From a virus (Duplodnaviria; Heunggongvirae; Uroviricota; Caudoviricetes), in the IMG/VR virus record IMGVR_UViG_3300029305_007758: 64,000 nt of DNA. The stretch is one strand, 5' to 3'. The notes below the pieces were generated by a model. That model did no database searches. It saw only the letters and a list, made by a program, of their open reading frames with translations, and had not been told where the DNA came from. Shown one piece after another: positions 56,771 to 64,000 of the stretch (its first letter is position 1; each line of letters starts with the position of its first letter). The translations under genes were made by a program, and so were the position numbers.

Positions 56771-58405
56771 TCAACCATTCGATTTTAAAAATGCTTTATT
56801 GATATACATTTCCTTATCAGCTCTATCAATAATATCATCTATTGATACATCTTTTTTTGAACCAAATGCATACCCTGATGCAATACTAATTTTAACCTTA
56901 TCTGATTTTGCATTAAATTTATCACAAATATCATTCAATCGATTTCTCAATTGTTCCTGTTCTTCTGGGGTTGACATTGAAAAACATGCAGCAAATTCGT
57001 CACCGCCAAAACGGAATACATTATTTTTCCCATATATACTTGACAACACCTTTGCTGAATCACATAATAATTTATCACCAATTTGATGCCCATATGTATC
57101 ATTGTGATATTTTAAATTATTGATGTCAAATGATACGACACATAGATTTTGTAACGGAAGTTTTCCAATTGCATTCATAAATGCAAAACGATTACCAAGT
57201 CCCGTTAATGAATCTTTTAATGCAATCTTCTTATACATTTCCATATTGTGACTTTCATTTATTGTTGCAGAAAAAATCTTAATTTCATTAAAAACTACAG
57301 CAAAAACAGAACATAACAAACTAAGTTCTGTAACAAAACTTGCCATTTTATATTGAACTCCACAGAATGACATGATGACACCAAAGATTGTTACAAATAA
57401 TAGCGCTAGTGCAATTGTTGTTATATAATCATTGTTATCCAATAATTGAAAAATAGCCTGGCAAATAATATATCCTACTATAATAAATACGAACCAAGAA
57501 TATATCGTAACACTAATTTCTGGTAATGGTAATTTAATATCCCAATATATTGAAACAAATTGTGAAGCAATGATTATTATTGCCATTACAAAGTGTGTGC
57601 ATATAAATCCGATACTGGATATTCTTGTCAAATCAGTTATATGTAAGCATAAAAATAATGGTAACAAATAAACCGAAATGTAATACAAAAAATAAAGTAA
57701 TGTATTGTTTTTAACAAACATTTGACCAATATATGTATTACTAATATGCATTATAAAAAATGTAATGCAAAGTAATCCTAAAAACAAAGTAGGCCTTTTT
57801 ACATTTGATGACGCTGTATGTATTAAATGAAATATACATAATATGCTACCAAATGATAAAATTACTACACAAATTAATGTATCAAATAGCTCAGTTCGCA
57901 ATATATAAGATGATATATCATTCGCATATCCACTGTATACATCCAATACGCAAGCATTATCCGAAGTTTGTATCGAAAGTGTTATGCTTTTTGTATCTTT
58001 AGGAATATTTATCACATTCCAAGTAATTTCCGGTAATCGACTTTTTATTTTATCATAAGCATAGTGATAAATAATATTTTCATTCTCGTTGGTTACTGTT
58101 ATAATTGCGTTTTGAGACTGAAATGCAATTGCAGAAATATTGGAAACATCTTTGGTTGTAACAAATTTTTCCTCTTCGCATATTAATTGCCATTCTTCTT
58201 TTATTACAGAACGATTTGCAGCATATACAATTGAATCAGTTTTTTCATTTGATATAAATGCTAAAATCATCATCAATAGTAAAAAACTAAACGTTGTACA
58301 AAACAATATTAAATTTTGTGGTATTTTAATGTCACAACCAAATATTTTATTTGTTTTTTTATTTAAATGTAGATTGTGACCGATTTGTGATATGGTTCTC
58401 ATCAT
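56771..58405 (-). CDS. membrane-bound diguanylate cyclase (multi-TM N-terminus plus GGDEF domain)
   Basis: LTGLGNR, DINNLKYHNDTYGHQIGDKLL, RFGGDEFAACF (intact GGDEF). No RxxD I-site. Start overlaps the upstream stop (TAATG). Confidence 0.8.
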   Translation of the reverse strand: MMRTISQIGHNLHLNKKTNKIFGCDIKIPQNLILFCTTFSFLLLMMILAFISNEKTDSIVYAANRSVIKEEWQLICEEEKFVTTKDVSNISAIAFQSQNAIITVTNENENIIYHYAYDKIKSRLPEITWNVINIPKDTKSITLSIQTSDNACVLDVYSGYANDISSYILRTELFDTLICVVILSFGSILCIFHLIHTASSNVKRPTLFLGLLCITFFIMHISNTYIGQMFVKNNTLLYFLYYISVYLLPLFLCLHITDLTRISSIGFICTHFVMAIIIIASQFVSIYWDIKLPLPEISVTIYSWFVFIIVGYIICQAIFQLLDNNDYITTIALALLFVTIFGVIMSFCGVQYKMASFVTELSLLCSVFAVVFNEIKIFSATINESHNMEMYKKIALKDSLTGLGNRFAFMNAIGKLPLQNLCVVSFDINNLKYHNDTYGHQIGDKLLCDSAKVLSSIYGKNNVFRFGGDEFAACFSMSTPEEQEQLRNRLNDICDKFNAKSDKVKISIASGYAFGSKKDVSIDDIIDRADKEMYINKAFLKSNG

Positions 58406-60291
58406 TAATCTATTCCGTTTTGTTCTCTTACAAATTCGATAAACTCATTTATTGGTAACGCTTTTGAAAAATAAAAACCTTGAATGTAATCAACTCCAAT
58501 ATTTTGCATCTGTTTTAACATATCTTCTGTTTCAACACCTTCTGCTACAGTTTTTAATCCAAGATCATGTGCCATGTTAACAGCCGCTTTCATAACAATA
58601 GATGCTTTATCATTCAAAAAGAATGCACGTGTAATGTTCATATCAAATTTTAAAAATTCAATTGGCATATCAATTACATAGTTTAAGTTACTCTCACCAC
58701 TACCAAAATCATCTAAACTAAAAGATACGCCACGAGAAATTAAAGCATTCATGTTTTCAAGCAAATGTTGTTTTTGTGACAAAACTGCTGTTTCAGTAAT
58801 TTCCAAATTCACGCAATCGGTTGGAACATTATATTTATCTGCAAGTTCATCGTAACGTCCAACAAAAGATTTATTCTCACCATTTTTAATCGATAAATTA
58901 ATTTCAATGTATTCAAGTCCTAAACTTTTAATATCTGTTTGATTTAAAAATTCAAAGGTTTTATCCATGATTACTTCTTCAAGCTCATATATTAATCCGG
59001 TACTTTCTGCAACACCAATAAATGACCCAGGGGGGATAATATTTCCGTTTCTATCTACAATTCTGGTTAAAACTTCCGCAGCAGTGAATTTTTTACGTTT
59101 ATTGGACCAAATTGGTTGTAAATAAATAACAACACGATTTTCTGCAATTGCATCCGTAATCATTTGTTTTGTAGTTTCAATTTTGCATAACTGTTCATAC
59201 TCTTCGTTGCTTACTGTTTTTATAATTCCTGGTACCTTGTTTGTCATTTCATCACTGTATTTTTCATACTCTTTTTCACCAGCATCTTTAATAATTGTAT
59301 AAGCAATTTTTGAAGCAGGTTTATTGCTTTCAAGTGTCTTTTTGATTTCATTTGTTACTTTTTCTGCAAGATTTTCTGTATCCTCAACAAGAAAAACAAG
59401 ATCATCATCTGAATCTCTAAATCCGTATCCATCTTTAGACGCATTCATTCTGTCTGTTACTTTCTTATTGAGAATTGCTTGACTTGCTGCATCAAGCTCT
59501 TCATTTGCCATATGCACTATAATCATGTTGTATCTAATTCCTTTCTTTTTCAAAAAGCGTGCATACATATTTAATGCGTCTTTATTGAATAATCCTGTTT
59601 CACTGTCTATTAACATTTTGGGGTTTTCTAATTCAAGAAACATAACTAAAATTCCTAACGTGGCAGCATAACTTACGATTAATAATCGTGGAAAACACAA
59701 TTGAATCAATGCTGCTATAATCCAAATTGTTATCCAAAAAATAATAACGTTTCTGTATTTTTTTGTTGTAATATCTTTATATCGTATTAATAAATATATG
59801 GTACTGATAATAAATACAAAAGCATATGCATATGTTGCGTATGGTGCTGGACCATAACTATATATTTCATTATTTTCGTTATGTATATATAATGGAACAA
59901 TTGTAATGACGCATATTGCTGATATTGTAATTATCTTTACGTACCATTTAACTATTTTTGTATTTTTTTCATTGCATAATTCTGTATTTTTATCATTTAT
60001 TGCAAAAATTGTATATCCCGTATACGAAAATAACAAAACACACATTGTAACAAGTGTTAACAAGTATAACCTGCAAACAATTTCTGTTAACATTGATTCC
60101 GGATTACTCTGTATTAAATGTATAGAAACAACATCTAATATTAGTCCAAGCATATTGTTAACAAGAAATAAAAAGAACAAGTGATGTTTATCCATATTAA
60201 GCCGTTTGTTAGAAATTGTTGCGTAAATAATGACAAACAACATAACAAATGCACATCCTTGAGTCATTATATTTATCATTTCTATATTCAC
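58405..60291 (-). CDS. membrane-bound c-di-GMP phosphodiesterase (TM, degenerate GGDEF, EAL)
   Basis: EAL-domain residues EVLTR, EITE, DDFGSG, KFD, EGVE, QGFYFSKALP all present. The GGDEF position reads GFRDSDD, so it is degenerate. Confidence 0.8.
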   Translation of the reverse strand: MNIEMINIMTQGCAFVMLFVIIYATISNKRLNMDKHHLFFLFLVNNMLGLILDVVSIHLIQSNPESMLTEIVCRLYLLTLVTMCVLLFSYTGYTIFAINDKNTELCNEKNTKIVKWYVKIITISAICVITIVPLYIHNENNEIYSYGPAPYATYAYAFVFIISTIYLLIRYKDITTKKYRNVIIFWITIWIIAALIQLCFPRLLIVSYAATLGILVMFLELENPKMLIDSETGLFNKDALNMYARFLKKKGIRYNMIIVHMANEELDAASQAILNKKVTDRMNASKDGYGFRDSDDDLVFLVEDTENLAEKVTNEIKKTLESNKPASKIAYTIIKDAGEKEYEKYSDEMTNKVPGIIKTVSNEEYEQLCKIETTKQMITDAIAENRVVIYLQPIWSNKRKKFTAAEVLTRIVDRNGNIIPPGSFIGVAESTGLIYELEEVIMDKTFEFLNQTDIKSLGLEYIEINLSIKNGENKSFVGRYDELADKYNVPTDCVNLEITETAVLSQKQHLLENMNALISRGVSFSLDDFGSGESNLNYVIDMPIEFLKFDMNITRAFFLNDKASIVMKAAVNMAHDLGLKTVAEGVETEDMLKQMQNIGVDYIQGFYFSKALPINEFIEFVREQNGID

Positions 60292-60302
60292 TTCCCTTCG
60301 GC

Positions 60303-61550
60303 TTATTTTTTGTCTGGCATATCACATAACCGTAATTGATATTTTGCCTCAGTTGGCAACACCCCATTCATTAAGTTCATTGCGTGTTTATCAATGATAC
60401 GGTCTAATAAATTTCGTACTGTACGCGCATTACCAAAATTAGGTACTAGACTCAATCTTTGAATTTCTATTCCAAATGCGTCTAACAATTCTTGTGATAC
60501 GGATAATGACCTTTCATGTGCCATTGATTTAAATATCCGTTTTAAATCATTATTACTATAATTGCCAAAATACATATAATATTTCACACGTGATTCGATA
60601 CCAGGATTACTGTTTATTAAATCCTGCATCTCCTTTTCATATCCTGCAAAAATGAATATTAATTCGTCTTTGTAATCTTCCATTGCTTTTACAATAGTTG
60701 CAATTACTTCTTGTCCCCCACCACCAGATAACAATGCATACGCTTCATCGATAAAAATGACACCACCGAGACTTTTTTGAATTAGCATTGCTGCACGTTT
60801 ACTGCTTTCACCAACAGATAACCCATTAAAAAAGTTACCATCGATTTCAACACATTGATTTTTTTTAATGTAACCATATTGATACAATAATCCGGCCATA
60901 ATGCGAGCAACCGTGGTTTTACCGGTTCCGGGAGCACCCGAAAACACCATACTCATAGAACTTAATGTTTCAGTTGTTCTTTCATTCGAATTTTTATTTT
61001 TACGATTCTTTTTCTGGTCATCTCGTACACTTTGTTCATATCGCATTCTTGCTTCCATTTGCTTAATATCCTCTTTTACGTTATTAAGACCAATGAGACG
61101 GTTTATTTCTGCTTTCGGATTTTCTGAACCTTGATGTGTAATCTTTTTTAATGTTGGTGCGTCTAAAATACGTTCTGCATCCATCATTTTTTGCTGTTCA
61201 ATCGCTTCACGTTCTTTTTTTGATAACTGTGAAAAATTACCACGTTTTCTGTTTATACCAAATTCGTCATATTCAACCTCGTCACGAAGTTCTTGTCGTT
61301 TCTTTGTTAAATATGGAGAAAGAATTGCACATCCGGCACACAATATTAACCAAATAAATGCTGGAACACTATTAATTGTAAATATTTGTGTTTGTATTCC
61401 AAAAGATTGCGTGACTTGATTATTTCCCATATTTTCTGATAAAACACGCATGAAAAACAACATGCCGAATACAATAATTCCTACCATATCAAGCACAGAT
61501 GCTGCGATAATTGCATAATAATTAATTGTCTTTGAACTTTGATTATTCAT
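60303..61550 (-). CDS. CbbX/SpoVK-type AAA+ ATPase with N-terminal TM helices
   Basis: Walker A GAPGTGKTTVARIMA. Walker B GVIFIDEAYAL. Confidence 0.75.
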   Translation of the reverse strand: MNNQSSKTINYYAIIAASVLDMVGIIVFGMLFFMRVLSENMGNNQVTQSFGIQTQIFTINSVPAFIWLILCAGCAILSPYLTKKRQELRDEVEYDEFGINRKRGNFSQLSKKEREAIEQQKMMDAERILDAPTLKKITHQGSENPKAEINRLIGLNNVKEDIKQMEARMRYEQSVRDDQKKNRKNKNSNERTTETLSSMSMVFSGAPGTGKTTVARIMAGLLYQYGYIKKNQCVEIDGNFFNGLSVGESSKRAAMLIQKSLGGVIFIDEAYALLSGGGGQEVIATIVKAMEDYKDELIFIFAGYEKEMQDLINSNPGIESRVKYYMYFGNYSNNDLKRIFKSMAHERSLSVSQELLDAFGIEIQRLSLVPNFGNARTVRNLLDRIIDKHAMNLMNGVLPTEAKYQLRLCDMPDKK

Positions 61551-61553
61551 AAA

Positions 61554-62216
61554 TTACCACCTTAATGCTTCATATTCCTTTTGCATCCGAAGAAACATTG
61601 TTTCATCTCCGCCTTTGCTGTCCGGATGAAATGCTTTTGCTAGACTTCTATATCTAACGTCTGCTTCTTCTTTCGTTTTACATCCAATAAAAAACTGAAA
61701 CGGTGCATTTGTTTCAGTTGTTTTTGTATCAATATCTGATTGTTTATGAAATTGATACTCATTATGTTTTGGCGTAATATTATTTAAAGATGAAATAATA
61801 TTATCCATTGATGTTAAAACTGATAATAGTTGTTCCATACAATAACCGGATCCGGCAAAATCTTTTTGTTCAATACAAGTTCGACACCGATTAATGTATT
61901 CATTTGCTTCATTACAAGTTCTTTCATACTCAAAAGTAATTGTTTCAAATTGTTTTTGTGCATCAAAATCATTACACATGACAATTTTGCGTTCTGTTTT
62001 TTGTAACTCCATTAAATATCGATTATTTGTTTGATTATATTGCTTAATCAATTCATTAAAACGATTGATATAATTTGCTGCAGTATTATAATTATTTCGT
62101 TTAGTTTTTGCATTCGGATTTGGCTTAACAAATAAAAACACACAAATCGTTACAATAATTACGGCAACTATAATAAAAAACGAAAGCATAAATACCTCCA
62201 AGTTTAATTTCATCAA
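61554..62216 (-). CDS. J-domain (DnaJ-like) membrane-anchored protein
   Basis: C-terminal J domain with HPD (YRSLAKAFHPDSKGGDE). N-terminal TM. Motif B at 62219..62230. Confidence 0.7.
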   Translation of the reverse strand: MMKLNLEVFMLSFFIIVAVIIVTICVFLFVKPNPNAKTKRNNYNTAANYINRFNELIKQYNQTNNRYLMELQKTERKIVMCNDFDAQKQFETITFEYERTCNEANEYINRCRTCIEQKDFAGSGYCMEQLLSVLTSMDNIISSLNNITPKHNEYQFHKQSDIDTKTTETNAPFQFFIGCKTKEEADVRYRSLAKAFHPDSKGGDETMFLRMQKEYEALRW

Positions 62217-62285
62217 ATTAAATATGGTTTTAAGTTCTGCAAAGTAAACAAAAAGGACTGACTTTCGTCAATCCTCTTTGCTTCA

Positions 62286-64000
62286 TTATTTTTCAATTTT
62301 ATACTGAATTTCGTTAGCTTCTAAATCTGCAACAATGCTATCTGAAATAGGCATTACTACATCTCGAAGATCACCATTCCAGTCAAAAATTCTGACCATA
62401 ATTCCATTGTTTACTTTATGAAGCAATAATAACTGCTCCACTTTTGCAAACATTGGCATCGACGGTACCACGATTGTTAAGAAATCAACCTTTGCTGATA
62501 ACATTTTAATATTATCAACAACTAACTGTTTCTCATCATCCTCGTCTTCACCATTACTGTTACGATAATTAATGGTTCCTTTAATTTCAACAACTGCATT
62601 GTCACGAAGTACTGATTTCAGTTCTTCATACTGATTCGGAAATACTACTGCATTAATTGCGATAGATTCTTTATCTAACAATGTAAATGTTGCCATTTCT
62701 GTACCGGTTTTTGTTTTAAACGAACGATAACCGGTAATAACACCTGCAACAGTCGCTCTACCTGACATAATTTCTTCCAAACTCTTGTATTTTGTAAGGT
62801 CATAATCTTCTAATGGTGATCCTGTCGTCCACATACCAAGATATTCACTTTCAAATGCAAGATTGCGTTCCGCGCCAAGTGGCATTGCTGGAGCTTCAAA
62901 ACAATTGTTAAATGCAAACTGTGCTGCATCTAATTTGTTTTCCCACTGCATCTTCATATTCTGCTGTTTTTTAATACCAGCTGGTGTATCAGGAATTTCT
63001 GATTCGATTTCTTCTAAACGATTTTTACATTTTAACACATCATCATAAATAACAGATAATTCTTCTACGAAATTTACTGCACATACACGATGTTTTGTAA
63101 AATCATCACATGCACCAGATAAGATTACAGCTTTTAAACTGTTGCTCTTAATGTTGGCACGAATCATAAAATCACGAATCGATGTAAATGGTCCATCTTC
63201 TCTTGCAGCTACAATATTTGCAGCTTCATTTTTAAGACCTTTAATTGCAGCAAATCCAATACGGATCACATTTTCTGACTCAACTGTAAAATCTACATCA
63301 GATTTGTTGATATCAACTCTTCTAACTTCAATTCCAAATTTTTTACAATCAGAAATAAACTGTAACGTTTTCTTACCCTGTTCAGTCATTGCTGCACAAA
63401 GATAATCTGCAGGATAATAACATTTTGCCCAAGCTGTTACATATGCAATGAATGCATATACTGCTGCATGAGATTTGTTAAAACCATACTTAGCAAATGG
63501 CATCAACTGATCAAATAACCAGTCTGCATCTTCTGCTTTGAATCCATTTGCTTCGGCTCCGGAAATAAACTCCGGTCTCATTTCAGCAAGTGCATGTTCA
63601 TTCTTTTTGCTCATGTAACGACGAAGAATATCTGCCTTACCAAGTGTCCAACCTGCAATTACCTGAGCAATCTTCATTACCTGTTCCTGGAACACTGGAT
63701 ATCCATAAGTTTCATCCAAGACATCTGCTAAACATTCAAATTTCTGCAAGAATTCAGATTTGTCACCAGTGTTTTTGCAACGAATGATATCTGGAATAAA
63801 ATCCATTGGACCAGGTCTATATACAGAAACTGCAAGTACCAAGTCAATGAATGTTGTTGGTTTAAGGTCTAATAACATTTTTTTCATACCGTCCGATTCG
63901 AACTGAAAAATGAAGTTTGTCATACCTTTTGCAAAAATTTCTTCGTATACTTTTGCATCGTCTAATGGCAAATGATACGGATTTACTGTAACACCAAGAC
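62286..64000 (-). CDS. dnaE: DNA polymerase III alpha subunit (DnaE family), C-terminal part; N-terminus lies beyond the window end
   Basis: FQFESDGMKKMLLDLKPTTFIDLVLAVSVYRPGPM matches the DnaE finger/HhH segment (FQLES.GM......L.P..F.D..A..AL.RPGP). OB-like C-terminus. Confidence 0.85.
   Translation of the reverse strand, partial: LGVTVNPYHLPLDDAKVYEEIFAKGMTNFIFQFESDGMKKMLLDLKPTTFIDLVLAVSVYRPGPMDFIPDIIRCKNTGDKSEFLQKFECLADVLDETYGYPVFQEQVMKIAQVIAGWTLGKADILRRYMSKKNEHALAEMRPEFISGAEANGFKAEDADWLFDQLMPFAKYGFNKSHAAVYAFIAYVTAWAKCYYPADYLCAAMTEQGKKTLQFISDCKKFGIEVRRVDINKSDVDFTVESENVIRIGFAAIKGLKNEAANIVAAREDGPFTSIRDFMIRANIKSNSLKAVILSGACDDFTKHRVCAVNFVEELSVIYDDVLKCKNRLEEIESEIPDTPAGIKKQQNMKMQWENKLDAAQFAFNNCFEAPAMPLGAERNLAFESEYLGMWTTGSPLEDYDLTKYKSLEEIMSGRATVAGVITGYRSFKTKTGTEMATFTLLDKESIAINAVVFPNQYEELKSVLRDNAVVEIKGTINYRNSNGEDEDDEKQLVVDNIKMLSAKVDFLTIVVPSMPMFAKVEQLLLLHKVNNGIMVRIFDWNGDLRDVVMPISDSIVADLEANEIQYKIEK

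Noticed and set aside
1-64000. CRISPR array, IS element or transposase, integrase, rRNA or tRNA genes
   Set aside because: No regularly spaced direct repeats with unique spacers were seen. No transposase or integrase motifs (DDE, tyrosine recombinase R..HxxR..Y) were recognised in any ORF. No rRNA-like or tRNA-like sequence was found.

Overview
AT-rich 64 kb window with the hallmarks of the non-structural (early / host-takeover / replication) region of a large virulent-type phage of a Gram-positive, low-GC host. The supporting points are GGAGG-type ribosome-binding sites throughout, and many small hypothetical and membrane ORFs. I recognise no capsid, tail or terminase genes, so the phage assignment is an inference from architecture. 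A plasmid or other mobile element cannot be excluded.

Architecture: roughly 60 tightly packed plus-strand genes fill 1..34186, with one antisense gene at 8252..8479. Roughly 35 minus-strand genes fill 34437..64000. The two arms converge on a 250 bp non-coding region at 34187..34436 that carries hairpin terminators. Dozens of intergenic regions carry a Rho-independent terminator followed immediately by one of two highly conserved promoter-like motifs. Motif A is CTACGTTTT-N10-GAACCTTATAT. Motif B is AACCATATTTAT. Both are always oriented with the downstream gene.

Most notable content:
- A complete four-enzyme Preiss-Handler NAD+ salvage set on the minus arm: nicotinamidase PncA, nicotinate phosphoribosyltransferase PncB, a NadM-type NMN/NaMN adenylyltransferase, and NAD synthetase NadE. 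It is interleaved with a radical-SAM enzyme, a TelA-like protein, an XpaC-like protein and a lipoprotein. I interpret this as a candidate, previously undescribed variant of phage NAD-reconstitution counter-defence.
- A c-di-GMP module: a membrane GGDEF cyclase, a membrane EAL phosphodiesterase with a degenerate GGDEF domain, and an HD-GYP-like protein.
- A SpoT/Mesh1-like small alarmone hydrolase, two calcineurin-like phosphoesterases, two HAD-like phosphatases and further HD-domain proteins.
- A flotillin plus SPFH lipoprotein pair.
- Two paralogous BlaI/CopY-like repressors on opposite arms.
- A VirD4/TraG-like ATPase, an EndA-like membrane nuclease, and a divergent sigma-like factor.
- A replication module: the DnaE C-terminus (truncated at the window end), an SSB-like protein, a 5'-3' exonuclease, a ClpX-like ATPase, a CbbX-type AAA protein and a J-domain protein.

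No rRNA, tRNA, CRISPR array or transposase was recognised.
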